Below the pieces are notes generated by a model. It had not been told where the DNA came from, searched no databases, and saw only the letters and a list, made by a program, of their open reading frames with translations. Below are positions 40,304 through 54,024 of a stretch of DNA of 64,000 bases, one piece after another. The DNA is from Spironucleus salmonicida (lineage: Eukaryota), in the NCBI RefSeq assembly GCF_000497125.1, contig NC_090598.1:1240001-1304000 (forward strand), written 5' to 3'. The position numbers and the translations under genes are program-made. The stretch's first letter is position 1. The number at the start of each line of letters is the position of its first letter.

Positions 40304-41098
40304 TCATTCTTCATCTTTTTTGATGGCATCAACAGCATTTCGTAAATCCCCCAACCCCTACAAAATATCACCTTCTAGCAAGACAGGCTCAATTCCAGCT
40401 TTAAGCCCTTTCTTTAATTCCTTTAGTTTTTTCTTACTAAGTTTTTTCTCATTTTCATCTTCATACTCCATTGCAGCATGTGTTAATGCGTCAACTGCCA
40501 ATCTTTCTATCGGCATATCCCCTGCTTCTTCATTAAGCTCCATTGCAGCTAAATTAGTAGAAAGCTTCTTCAATTATTTTTATTTATTTAGTACATTTTT
40601 CTTTTATTAGAAGTCAACTAGCTCTGTTGATACTTAGTTTTTAACTTCATTTGAACTTGAATCTGAAATATCTGATTTTTCTTGAACCTATTATAACTCT
40701 TCATCATCGCTAAATAAATTATCAATTTTTTCGGTGTCTGCCTTTGCTATCTACTGCTAAAGTCCTCTAAGAGCAGCATCAATATCTGATGCAGCTGTTT
40801 TTTCAACTTCTGATATTTTCTCTATTTGAATTTAAATTTTTATAAGTTGTTAAACAGTTGCTGAAAAATCAATGCCGTTTAACCTCTATTGTGCAAAAAC
40901 TAACAAAAGTTTATTATATCTTACAAGTAAGGCAGTTCTAATCTGAAGCGGAACAAATAATGTATTTTATGGCACAGATGGCGCTTTTATAGTAGATAAT
41001 GGATTATCTAATTAAATTAATGACTATAACAATTATTTAACTGATTACTGATAAACAAACATATCGGCTTAAACAATTGGTAATAGATCAGAATTCAT
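40304..41098 (-). CDS. Lcp5/neuroguidin-like (Sas10/Utp3/C1D domain) SSU processome protein, 264 aa
   Basis: LQIRTALLVRYNKLL...VQQLIKIQIQIEKISEVEK...ID; ELNEEAGDMPIE; MEYEDENEKKL. Confidence 0.7.
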
Positions 41099-41163
41099 TA
41101 AAGGAAAGATAAATGAAGTGTGTTAATAAAATATAAATTTAAATAATTAGTCGCCATTCCTAA

Positions 41164-42579
41164 ATGAAAATTTAGACACTAGGGACATATCCACTTGCAT
41201 AAAAGACATCTTATTTACTTACATTTGATAAAGTTTAGATAATATTAGATGCAGGTGGAACTGAATAAAATGGTACCCTAAGATTGCCTTAATAAATATT
41301 ATAATCATTACCTTTATATATTATCATTACTCATTGTCACACTGATCATACAGCTTCTCTTCCATTTTTAGTTGAGAAATTAGCGCCTATTACAATATTT
41401 TCTTCTATTTTAACAAAGCAGATGATTGCAGAACGCGGTACTTCAAAATAATTAAAGGCTTTATCAGATTAAATATAGACCATACCATTTAATATTGAGT
41501 ACTAATTGGATGAAATAATATCCTTCTTATTAACGCCTGCTGCCCATGCACCTGGGGCTGCTTGTGTCACAATATATCAAAAAAATATTCCTACTTTTAC
41601 ATTTACTGGAGATTTTGAAGTACCTCGCCGGTTAGTATTAAAGAAAGATATGCCTCCTCATACGAAATCATTAATGTTTGATTCAACATTCTGTGCTTTT
41701 CTACGGTGCCCAAGTGTTTTCAGATCAATATTAGCAACTTCAACAGCATTTTCTAATTTACCATCACTTCACCCATAATCTGCAGAGGGAGTATCGTAAG
41801 AGACAAGTGCACGATTAAATTTATTTATAAGAAAATTAAACTCGCAGCGTACCATATAAGTTGATTCTGTTCATGCACTACCAGTGAATATGATAGTACG
41901 AAAAGGTAATGAATATACAAATTTTGGAGATATACTAAGTGGTGTAGACTCGATGTAAAGTTTCAGATAGTAAGCTGTTGTATCAGTACCCACTAGTATA
42001 CATAGTGGTAGCACAGCTGCTTAGTTTGCGATATTGTGTGGAGTACCAAGTTTTATGATGATATATGATTTCTGCTTCTACGGTGATTGTTTTAGATTAG
42101 GCAGCGGGCTTATTAAAGCATATCAAATTGGTAGTAAGATAATACAAAGTTAGATGCGCCATTTTTAAATGTGGTGCGATTAACATTTAGATTATAGAGA
42201 TATTTTATGTTTAATTGATTGTTGCATGCCGAAAGTAGTTTATTTCTAGCATGCGTTACGAATAAATGAAGTTAATGATTCTGCATGGCTTGTTGGCTAA
42301 TTATTGCCATTTTTAACAGTACTAGTATTTAATAAAGAAGAATTTTCATAAAATAAAGCATTAAATTATAAAAATATCATTCATAGAGAAAAGTTTTCAG
42401 TTTCTCTATTTGTAATTTTAGACATGTTTGAAAGCTATGGAATTATTATGGACAAGATAAATGAAAACCTTTTCTAGTGCGGCAAAATATTTTTATATAC
42501 TTAAGATAAGTTTTCAATTCTATCTTACACATCAGATATGGAAATATAAAAAATAGTTTCATCATTAAAATAACTCTGA
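41164..42579 (+). CDS. Metallo-beta-lactamase/beta-CASP nuclease (CPSF73/INTS11-like), 471 aa
   Basis: ILDAG, THCHTDH, AAHAPGAA, FTGDF, MFDSTF, FQHA. Confidence 0.85.
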
Positions 42580-43665
42580 TTAAATTTCAAATATTTATTT
42601 ATTATTCTTGATCATATAAATCAATATTTTCATAACATCATTATTTTCAATTGGCCATGATTTATATTCTACCGCTTACAATATTTTTTGCTTATTCCAT
42701 TTTTCATCGATAACATCTAGTAATTATCTTGTATCTAGCATTGTTTAGATTATTGGTATTCCTAATTTTACAAATAATGGTTTTGATTTTAGAAAGAGTT
42801 GTACCTGATTTATGATAATCTAAAATTCGTTAGGTTGAATCGAATATTTAGAGATAATATATTGTTTAAAATCTTCTTAGTTCCCTATATCATCTTTAAT
42901 CTCATTCTCAGTGATTAATTCAATTTTAATCTATTTTATTACTAATTGACCACTGTCTTTCACATTTAGATTCTATTTAAGCTCTGATAGTTTCTCTACA
43001 TATTTTTCAACATCTTCTTTAAATTGACTATTTAATAATGTTAATTAGTTAATTTCTTCTTTATATTTATTGTTTTCTTTAATGATTTAAATATTTTACT
43101 ATTCAATATGGCAACGTAGTCCAAACTCTTACATATACATTTCTTTATATTAAATATACTTGGTATTATTTTATTAGTTTTCTTATTACTAGAACTATAA
43201 TAATTTTTTAATATTATCTAATTCTATCAATAATTCATCTACTTATTTTGACCTGAGAACGCGTTCAAGTTTTTGTTCAATTTAAGTTTTTTAAATCTGT
43301 AAATTATGATTCTTCTATTTTTATCCTTACAGTTAATCTTCTGCAGATTTAAGCATTTTTTAAAGAACTTACAGTTATTAAACTCCAGATTCAAATAATG
43401 GTGGATTCTATATTTACTATTTAACCATTGATTAACTTTTTTGTTCCGTTGCTTCGAAGATCAATTAAGTATTGACATTTCTATCTGAATTATAATAACT
43501 TGATGTATGAAAAGAATTACTTTTTTGGAGAACAGAACAGGACTTTGGCTTAATGAACTTTTTTGGCTGTGACTATTCTTTAATCTTATTAGTATAGTTT
43601 TCTAAACAAAGTGTTGCATATGCTTACTCACCATAATGACGCCAATTGCTTGATTTGACGTTCAT
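42562..43665 (-). CDS. Hypothetical coiled-coil protein (~367 aa)
   Basis: Table 6 ATG and TAATGA in phase; 18-bp 3' overlap with the neighbour. Confidence 0.7.
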
Positions 43666-43750
43666 ATTCCTAAGATTACTTTTTGGAACTACTTATTTAG
43701 TATAATATTTTATAATATGTATACCACTTTAACACTTCTAACATCAACGA

Positions 43751-46567
43751 ATGAACCTCCCGTCACCTTCATTATTGTTTTTGTCTAAATACGGTGAATA
43801 GTAGACTTAAAAGTTAGATTAATCCAAAGAAGTATCTTTACTACCCAATGCAATAAATGATCCTGAGTTGGCCAAATCTACATTTTCTACTATTTCGTCT
43901 TATACTTATTTAGAGTCAATTTTACATACATAATCAGCTATTAATTTTTAACCTTTTGCCAAATCAGTAACTTAAGCTAATGAGATCCCTATCCGTTGTA
44001 AGCGTTGTAAGGCTTATTTGTAGGATCCGTTTATTTTCAATGGGAAAGAGTTTTAGTGTTAAATTTGTGGGCGTTAAAATTAAACTTCGTCATCGTTGAC
44101 ATCAATTCCACCAAATCCAGTTGAGTTTAATGTTTAAGATTATGTTTATTCTTCGGCTACAGTTGATTTAGCCGGAACTAGAACTGAATTTCTTTACCCT
44201 GGTGAAATAGGACATATTTAAAGTGAAGTTTTAAGCCATCCAGAAATATTAAAGGCAGCAATGGGATCTTCAAAGTTTTAAAGAGATTTTAGAGGATCAA
44301 AAGATCCAAAAATACCTAGCTCTGAAAGATGCTTAGAAAAAGTTTTAAAAACATTTGATACGGAACTATTGGGCAAGTAAGAATATTAGGAGAGTAATAT
44401 TGATACATATAGATTTGTTCATGTGTTTATTGTATAAACAACTTTTAATTCGATTTATTAGGGTATTCTAGAATGTGTTTTAAGTTAAATTGAAAATTTT
44501 CTACTGACATCTCATCCAAATATCTAAGTCGCTATATGTTTCAGTTAAATGCAGTTATAGTTTTTCTAAAAAATCACATCAGGATTTGAAATTTATGAAG
44601 TAGTCTCAGACCCAGTTACTGGAGAGCCTATGATCCCGATTCCAGTGGACGAGTTATGTTTCGATTCTACTTTAATTGAAGAATTCAAGGAATTTAAATA
44701 ATTTATACTTTAATATTATTATTAAGATATTTAAAATTCGCTAGAGCGATATAAGCTTGCTCCCTCATCAATTGGTGATTCCATTGGAGGAATTGTCAGC
44801 TCATTGCAAAGAATTGGTGGTATAGTAAATGTTATTTTAACAGATAGACCAACGTTTGGGGTTGGCGCCATCCCTCCAGAAGATATCAAAACCTACACTT
44901 ACACATCCCACGATAACGCAGCTACCGCCAAAGAAGCGGCGTATTTCAACTCCAATCTATACTACAATCGCTTAGCAAGAGAGGCAGTAGACCACAACAT
45001 CTCAATCAACATCGTGGGGCTTCCATTCAATAATTTTTCTCTAGGATTACAGTGTTTGGCTCCCTTAACCTTCACTACCGCAGGATCACTCTACTACAAT
45101 GAGCCAGCACGGCTCGCAAACGAAATCCAGAGCACCGGAAACTATGCTTTCCTAACCGACTGCCTCCGCGATATTTTCGAAACCGAAGCAATCGCCTGCA
45201 CATTCACAGCGCGCTGCTCACAGGGCATAGACCTGATGCTGACAGAAGAGATCCAAACAGAAGAAATCGACGGCGTTGTGAACAGCGCGAAAAACCTCCT
45301 AAACACGATCTTCAAGCAGAAGGCCACTCAGCAAAACAACTTGAAAACGTTCAAGTACAAGACGAAGGATCAAGTTTATGGCTCGTTTTCGAAGCTTTCA
45401 GATGTGGAACTTTCGTTCGCGTCGATGAAGAAAAGCTCCTGTTTCTCAGCGAAGCTGAGGCTCCAAATCTAAAAATTCTAGGACCCGAAAATTCAGTTTG
45501 CTGTCCTTTTCACGTCCCAGGATGGGAAACGGCGCGTCCGAACGGGAATTTTGGGCCTCGCTTGCAGCGAAATTGCGGCACAAATCTACAATTCCTGTGA
45601 CCAGTTTTAGTTAGTTTCGTTCGCCTCGAAGCGTTTTTCAAGTGCATTTCTGGGTGCACAGGGCCTCTAAAATAAGGACCAGGGGCCACTTGGCGGGCTG
45701 CAGCAGAACAGTAAACAGGCCGTCAGCAAAGTGGAGGTTGAAAATGCAAAAATTGAAGAAGGATCGAAAAATGGAAATCTAAGTGAAATCGAGATAAAAT
45801 TTTGCAACGAACTGAGCGAGGTGGCGTTGAACAGCCAAATCAGCAGTTTTGAGGTTCTGAGCCTTAAAAATGGCGGTCAAAAGCTCATTAATTAGTACAA
45901 AATGTAAGGCATGATAATGCAGGATTTGAAGCTCCTTTTAAAGGGCTTTAAGGATATCGCTGGCGCTTCTCAGCAGAGCAAATTGCTGATTCCGCAGTCA
46001 ATGTAGCTGGTTCCCCTTTACATGCACGTGCTGGCGCGGACCGGGATATCTCATGCACACAGGAACCAGAACGAAGGTGGAATGTTCACCTCGGACATGC
46101 GAGTCGCGGAGGCCTGTTTCAATCTTTAGGAGAATTATGTCAAAATTTGCAACAATCTGGTGCCTGGTGTATTTAATGTTAACGCGTTGTTGGGCGCGAA
46201 TTAGGCTATTTTGAGGCCAATTTCGGCTAATTCAATGAGCATAGTAGACGTTTACAAGAATTGTTATTTGTTTGTGAGCGGTAGAATCTGTGTTTTGGCT
46301 ATCGGTAGAAGCGTCCCAAAGGACGTTATCTAGGAGCTGATTGGGGAGGAAAATGGATTTTATATTTAATAGTTTAGGAGCGACAATTTGAACGCAAATT
46401 TAAAGGTTCTCAAGTAAGTTTATGGGTTCAAAGGCGGTATCTACATTAGCAAAGATGAGGGCGTTTTGGAGGGCCTGAGAAGGTGGATGATCGTGGAAGA
46501 TGGAAGTTCCAGAGACATGAGCTATTAGGAATTTTTGCAGAGCTTGCCTAGCGTTATTGCGAAGTGA
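43751..46567 (+). CDS. COPII coat subunit Sec24-like (938 aa)
   Basis: FQPFA, zinc finger PIRCKRCKAYL...FQCQICG, trunk GG...PTFGVG, TARCSQG, IQFAVLFTSQDGKRRVR, LLIPQSMQLVPLY, MSYQEFL. Confidence 0.9.
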
Positions 46568-46594
46568 GAGAAAAATTCACTAGAAGTGTCGATA

Positions 46595-47086
46595 TCATTT
46601 GAATCGCACCGCCATAATCCGGTCATATCGTTCGCTGCATTCTTATTTATATTTTTATACCTTAATTTCTTTCTCTGTCAGACCACCACCACCATTTTTA
46701 TTTCTAGTAGTAATTGCCGTTTTGAGTGATTTTGCGTAAGAGATTTTTAGAGCTTCATGTTTTTTAGATAGTTCTGTTATCATAAAGTCAGCAACATATT
46801 TGAAATCCCTTGCAGGTGATATTTTTGGGCTATGTAGACAGGGCATAATAGCTAATTCTGCCGAAGTTTTATCGTTAATTATTTCATTTGGCTCAACTTA
46901 GAAAATATTTATGTGTGATAAAGACTTAACAAGCCAAATTGGAACTTCTATCGATGAACCTTTTGGTAAATCTTAGTCTTATTATTTGGGATCTAAAAAA
47001 CCACAGAATGGTAAAATAGCTCGAGTGATTACTGGAATTCTTACTGCATCATTAAGAACTGCGTCTAATGGGAAATATGACATCAT
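46595..47086 (-). CDS. PSF3: GINS complex subunit Psf3 (163 aa)
   Basis: YFPLDAVLNDAVRIPV...FCGFLDP...DLPKGSSIEVPIWLV. Confidence 0.82.
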
Positions 47087-47216
47087 CTCCTTTAAAAGGA
47101 AAGAGGGAAAAGTATATGTTAATAAATATATAATAATACATAATTACATATTTTTCCCCGGTATAAACTATACTTTGCACTAAAGGGATAAAAACAAGTA
47201 AACCCAATTTAAAAAG

Positions 47217-47561
47217 TCAAATTCTCTCACTTTTAACATAATAACTTATTTCAATACCATGCTCCCAATTAACTTGGCTTAATGTTTAATTACCATTTTC
47301 TAAAATAGGCCATTCTTCACCTTTTTATTGTATACATAATTCACCTGTTTTAGCTATACCTGGGCGGGTAAATTCTTTAAACATATTGAATTTTTATAAT
47401 TTTCCTCTTGATGGTTTAAATTTATTGTTTGCTTGTATTTCTTTGTTAATTAATTCTTAAACCTACAGTAACGTGAATTCTAATTCAAGGGATTATTGCA
47501 TATAGAATACAGTTTAAAATTCAAAAGATTATATAATTCTAAATGTGACTGTAATGGGCAT
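47217..47561 (-). CDS. DUF2340/UPF0538 (C2orf76-like) ubiquitin-fold protein, 114 aa
   Basis: ITVTFRIIQSFEFQ...KTGELCI...QTLSQVNWEHGIEISYY. Confidence 0.75.
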
Positions 47562-47829
47562 TTATAGAAAGGGTCATATGTGTTTCATAGTTATTATATA
47601 ATAAATTATATTATATTAATCTTTAAGTCATTATATGGTGTTAGTCTTATATATCTTGCCAAACTTAATGCAGTCATTATATTTAACGTATAGTAAAAAT
47701 TCAAGTTACCAAATATAATTAAATCCATAAAATATATTATACTATAAATTACAAAATCAGTTTCCAATAATTTATATTATCAATTTATAACATATAATAT
47801 ATAAATTACTTATCCTAACAAAATATAAA

Positions 47830-49638
47830 ATGACATCTGTTGCATCATCGTCAATGCGTAGTTGTGCATCAAAATTAAACTTTTAGGAGATGATAACTGG
47901 GCCTATTCACAGTTATATCATTAAAAATATAATTGTTAATGTAGTTATCTCTCTGATATCTCCATTTTAATTTATTATGAATGCACTTATTATTTCTGTT
48001 AATGTAGGAAGATCAAGCCTATACATATATGCTTTTTGCATACCATTTTATGAAATATTTGTTAATCTCATGACTACAGCAATTTCATAGCATGCTATTA
48101 AAGATGTTTAAATGCATATTGTAAATTAACGTTTCAAAGCAGCTAATATTTACCTTTCTTACGCATTCTTCTAATCATTTATATTATCAGTTATTACAAC
48201 TCTAGTATTCTTATTAACTTTCTAACTGATAATGGCTAGATTTTTAGAAGATATTTCATAAGTTAGGTTAGTTATAGTACCACAACTTATTGGCGGATTT
48301 CTTGGTACTGGGGTATTACCTATACTCAAAAAACTGATATTTTTGGATAAAAATGGTCCACTTATTTATGGGTCAATATCGTTCCTTTCAGTAGCTATCT
48401 AGTTATTAATTTTTTAAATTTCGATTTTTTATAGTCCAAAATCAATGTTTTTGATATTAGGAATTTCTTTCCTTATTTAAAATCTTTTAGTTCTTATTTT
48501 CGGCCTATTCCGTTTTATGTCTTTTTCTAATTCTACGATGGACACATCTAATTTGTATAGAATATCTTTTAGGTCTATCTAGCCTATTAAAATGGCTATT
48601 TTTATAAAAATTTCAATCTATTCTTTTGCATAAGTATGTAGTAATGCTATTTTAAATGTTTCAATTATATTAGCTTATTATACTGGAATAAGTTATGTTG
48701 GCTCAGAGAGTTATTATGCAGAAATCAACATTTTTATGGCCAATTTTTACATGTTCTACAATTAATTTTGTAGATAATTTAGTATGTATTAGCTAGAACA
48801 GATTTAAGATATTTTAGTTACTAACAAAGAGATGGGGAAGCTAGGTAGAGTTAAAACTATAATTACTTAACTTTCTGCTATTTCATTTTTATTTAATTTA
48901 TTAATCAATTTTGTACTCTATTTTACCACACCCCTTATAGTAAATTTTGTATTTTCTCTATATGTAAGCAAAATTGATGGGGAAAGTTTATACTACAAAA
49001 ATTTTGTTGAATCCAGTATACATGGTCTTTGGGTTAGCAATGTTATAGGTGTTATTAGTCCTTTTACTGCGTTAGGAGAACTTCTTATTGAGTTTATGTA
49101 GGATCGGCGACTTTTTGAGATATAGTTTATTTCTGGATGGTTTGCTATTGTTTCATAGTTTATTTTATTCAGTTTTTCTTCATTTAAAGTTAATTCTTAT
49201 AGTGTTATTTTTGTAGTATAGATGACTCAAAGTGCAGCTAGTATTGCTAGTTTTATTATACTATAAAAGTAACTTAACCGCGATTTCGATATGAAAGACA
49301 TTTAGTAGGATGAAGGATCCGCTGAAGTAGATGAACATATGCAGTAATAAGCAGATGATGAGAATTATCCGATCTTTTAGTTGGGAAATTTCCCTATGAC
49401 ATAAAAATTATCACATAAAGGATCACTAATAGATGTTTTAACCACTTCCAGAAACTCTTAGAATATGAGTTCTAGTTAAATTCTTAATGATAATAGTATG
49501 ACAATTAATAGCATTAATATAAGCACATAACTCCAACCATTGGAAACTGCACGATTTTAGAATGTAAACATGCCATAGAAAAATGATTCAACATTAAATG
49601 TATCGTAGACCTTTGACTTTGGTAAATTTTAAGAGTGA
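47830..49638 (+). CDS. Multi-pass membrane protein, MATE-like, with a hydrophilic C-terminal tail (602 aa)
   Basis: Many TM segments; GPIHSYIIK...MNALIISVNVG...FCIPF N-terminal MATE-type pattern. Confidence 0.7.
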
Positions 49639-49651
49639 AAACTACAATGAT

Positions 49652-50413
49652 TCACTAGATTGACCTTTTTATTTATGACATTTATATTTGACTAGGATAA
49701 CCATCAATTTTAGATATTTCCTATATTTCTTCAATAGAGATGGTTGATATTAATTTTCCATCTTCTTTTTTAAGAATACCCGCGTCTATAAGCCAATTAA
49801 TAGAGATTTCTCCAATTTTAACTATTCGTTCATCAATTTTTTTTTACTTCAAAAAAGTAGCCAGTTATTACTAGCGCATAGGTCTAATGCTTAACCCAGC
49901 TATGATATATAAGCCTTCAATTGCAATAGATGATATAGCTGATTTTTCTGGTTAAAAATTATCTTTAAACGTGAAGATTTAACAGCGAAGACGAGACCTA
50001 ATTCTTGGTCGTAAATTTTTGAAAAAATGTACATCCCTAGTACAAAATATCTAAATAAAATTTGAAGGAGGAATTGCTAGCTCTGAAATTATATATAGTG
50101 TTTATTACGATTATAAAATTTCGGGATTGTTATAAATTACTATTGTTTTCTCTTATTAAAGAGAAGATAATTAACTTAATTGACTAATTTAGAATATTTA
50201 TCTAATTGTCGCTTTTGGTTATATCATGAAATCAAATTCAATAAATTTAATTTTTGACTAATATGTTTTAGTAAGTTCAGATGTTAATAATGTTTTTCCG
50301 CATTATCTTCCACCTTATAGAATGATATTTTAAGATAGATCATGTTTGAGCAAAAGTTTAACAGAGTTTTAAAGCGAATCGTAAATTTAAATTAAGTCAT
50401 CAGGTATTGTCAT
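49652..50413 (-). CDS. ORC4: Origin recognition complex subunit 4-like AAA+ protein, very short (253 aa)
   Basis: NIILQGGRQCGKT (Walker A), QQTLYIISE, LRPRIRSRL (cf. ORC4 QTLLYNLFD, LEKRVKSRF). Confidence 0.72.
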
Positions 50414-50449
50414 TTATAAATATTTTTTAATAATATATTATAAAAAATA

Positions 50450-51835
50450 TCATTAATTCAAAAATTCCGTCTGAATATCAAACTCATCATAATATTTTTT
50501 GAACTTCTTAATATCACCTCCAAAATATTTATTAGCAGTGCCTACAAATTTTATAATATCATATTACCTGTTTTTATTAAAATTAATAAAATTAAAGAAG
50601 TATGTAACTTTATCTTCATCAATATCTGATAAAATTTCTTATTAAAGCTCTTAACCATATGATTTTATGATATATTATTATATGCCTGATATTGTTGGTA
50701 ATAATGGTTCCATTAATGTAGGTTGCTATTTATCAAATTCATGTTAATTTGATTCTCCTATTTCTTCACAATTAAAACAGTCACATTTGTCACAATAATA
50801 GATATAAGGATGTTTATTTCTTGTAAATATAGATTCACAATCATTACACTGAATTTTAACAAAGTGTAATAAAAAAATGTATGGTAAAAATACAATTTGA
50901 TAAATCTTTTTCTGAAAATTAATTATTCTTTTTTTATCTTCATGAACAGGGAGATATTTTCTACAAACAGGACACTTATAATTTTATTAGTCCAATAGCA
51001 TTTAATAGCAATGCTCATGCATTTAATGACCACAACTTAATGTAACTTTGCCATATATTGTTTAAACCATATCATCTAAACAAACACTACAATTTCCTTC
51101 TGGTTATTTGCACTCATGTTAGTCAAAGAAGTCAATATTAAAACAACCTCCACATTTATTACAATGTTTAGAAAACTTTTAAATTCCTACCATGCAGATT
51201 TTGCATCCCTCGCAGTGGTAGTTTGGCTTCGCATCCTCGCCGAGCCCGCAGATCATCTTGCAGGTGAAACAGATGTACCAGCCGAACTCCACCTTGCAGG
51301 TCTCGCACTTTTGGCCGAACTTCTGGACGGTGGCGCAGTACCTGCACCGGATCGTGTCGGTAACATAGCGGTCGAACTGGTGGTCGTCGACTTCGTCGTC
51401 GTGGCAGAGCCTGCAACCGTAGAACTTGCCACAAGTCACGCAGCTGTACTCGCACCCGCGGATGTAGTGCGGGCAGCCGACGCTTCGAACCTTGGTAAAA
51501 TATACCATAACTTATTCTGAAAGTGGCTTATCAATCCAATTATCAGTAATATTTAAGCCATGAAAATAATGTGTATTTTCAAAATCAGATACATTAGGGT
51601 TAAAATACTCTAAGGGCATAACATGGAGAATTTACTTTGATTTTAGTTCCAAATATGATTAACGTTCTAATGAAAAAATGTGAGATGGGAATTCCTTAAG
51701 TAGAATTCTATCTTCCTTCTTATATTTATCTTATGCATTTAATTTAAGTGTGAAATAATGAGAAACTAAAATCTAATTCTAATGTTATTCTGAAACCCTA
51801 TGACAATCAGGATAATTTGCAATGACTAAACTCAT
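50450..51835 (-). CDS. Pirh2/RCHY1-like CHY zinc-finger and RING-H2 E3 ligase (461 aa)
   Basis: GCPHYIRGC...CRLCHD, CFTCK, HCEGCKICMVG, CSVCLDDM, LSCGHQMHEHC, CPVCRK. Confidence 0.92.
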
Positions 51836-52177
51836 TAAAAAGAAAAAAATATTTAATTCTATATTATTATATTTTAATATAAATCAAGAGTGTGTTTACT
51901 TATTATTTTAATCTTAATCTCTCTCTAAATATTCAAACTATTTGCTGCAATATATATTTATCATATAAACATCTACATGAATAGATTATGCTAATTAAAG
52001 TTTTGTTATAATTCTAAGTAATATTACCGTAGGTTGTTTTCAATGACCTTTACATGTCAATGAACTTAAACAGTGTCTGGTTATGAGTAGTGAATATTAC
52101 AATTTACAGTATAAACATTTACTTTAATTGATAAAGGATGATTATATTATTATATTAATATATAATATTGTTTTCAA

Positions 52178-54019
52178 ATGGAATCTTTATTATCCCAAGA
52201 AGATGCAATAAATAAACTTATAAATATGGCTTAAACTATTGAATCAAAGAATATTAATATTGTAAATACAAATATTACATAGGCAGTGTAATATATTGAA
52301 AATAATATAAATTAAAACGATTTTTCCAATATATTTATATCTTCAAGGGATTTGACCTACTCTATTGTTCCATATAGGTAGAATAAAAAATTTTAATAAA
52401 CATTCTAGCCCCTACTCGACTAAAAAATTATTCATCTTTCTCACTAATAAGTATTAGATATTAAATTTAGAGAAATCTCACCATTAATTACTAGCACATC
52501 TTTATTAATATTTGACAATGCTGAATATTTACTTGAATCATCTAGAGAAGCATTTTCTATGCATTTAACTAAATAGTTGCTTAATCGGTCATTAGAATAT
52601 CTTTTATAACAAGAGAAATAAGATATTATATTATAAGATCCCAGAAAATCAATTCTAAATATAGTTAATTTTGATTTATCAAAATAGTCTCACTTAAAAG
52701 CATTTTAATAGATTCGATTTAGAAATTCAGCTTATACTTTACCATTTTTAACTCCACAATTTATACCATAACTTTCAATATCTCATTTTATTTAAACTAT
52801 TATTAGATCAATTTCCGCTATCAGTGATTTATTACAATCAGATTAATCTGTTTTAGCTCCTGAACTATTTTTAAAATTACTTACTGAGAAATATTCTGTA
52901 GATATAAATATTCTGTAGTTTTCAGTGTAATATTATCATAATTATCTTCAGTAAAAGAATACATTCTTTTAACCATTGGTGACAATATTATAATTTTTAT
53001 AATTAATGTCTACATTTTCTCATCCAGTAATTCATTACTAAATTGAAAAATCAGCTGAGACACATGGATAAAGATTTTTTGAAAGTAATTCTTTCCATCT
53101 TATTATATAGAAGGGTAAAGATGGTAAACTACATAAATCAGAACCAGTTCTATCATATATATGTTCTGATCCATTAGTAGCATTACGGTTTATATTAGAA
53201 AGATTTGAAACAATAATATTTTTAAGCAATTAAATACCTATTTCTGTTGAAAAAGATAAAAGCAAAGAAAAATTAAGTTAAATTTTAAGAATAAACTATT
53301 TTAATAGAAAAAGTTAGTTCTCATTTAACACTAAATTTTATGATATATAAGCTGATATCTACGGATTCTATAGATACTAAAAAAAGGGAGCAGATTAAAC
53401 ATTATTATTAAGTTCTGAAAAAGATATTTAGCCATCATTAGCTCTTAATTATTAAAAGTTTGTTTAATAGCGATCAACTTAGTCAAGAGATGGTGTAGTT
53501 ATTTATACCCCAAATAAATAATTTTCTGCACGACTTATCCAACGTTTAAAAGATTAAAATCTTTCACTTTCGACATTCCAGTCTTCATTTATAATATCAC
53601 CAGATTAAATTGAGTCGGCGTCTGTTAAAAAATTTTATAGACTTTCTTGCAATATAGGACGCGGCGGACTTTTAGTTACGAATTTTAATGACACTCATTC
53701 AAATGAGTTCACTTAGTAATATAACTCAATATCCTTGATTTTAGGAGTACCATTCCCATAAAAATCTCTAAGAAATAAGCTTTTTACATTCTATGATTTC
53801 AGAGTATTTGACAAGTAGCCAGGGGATTTATGGCATTAAATGGCAGCTAGAAATATCATCGGATCATGTAGTGGACAAACTGCACTGATCTGTGCAGATA
53901 TGAGATACAGTCTCCAAATTTAAAAATGGTTCCCTAGATGGTTTTTGAAGTATTTTTAAGAAGAAGGAGCAGGATGTTTGCACGAGCTTAAGAACTGGGT
54001 CATAAATAAAAGTGAATGA
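52178..54019 (+). CDS. Degenerate XPD/Rad3-family helicase-like protein (613 aa)
   Basis: LLIFDNAEYL..S..AFSMHLT (cf. DEAHN), RDGVVIYTP, GRGGLL, ILGVPFP, LICADMRY..FPRWF; no Walker A or FeS cysteines. Confidence 0.7.
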
Positions 54020-54024
54020 TTTTT

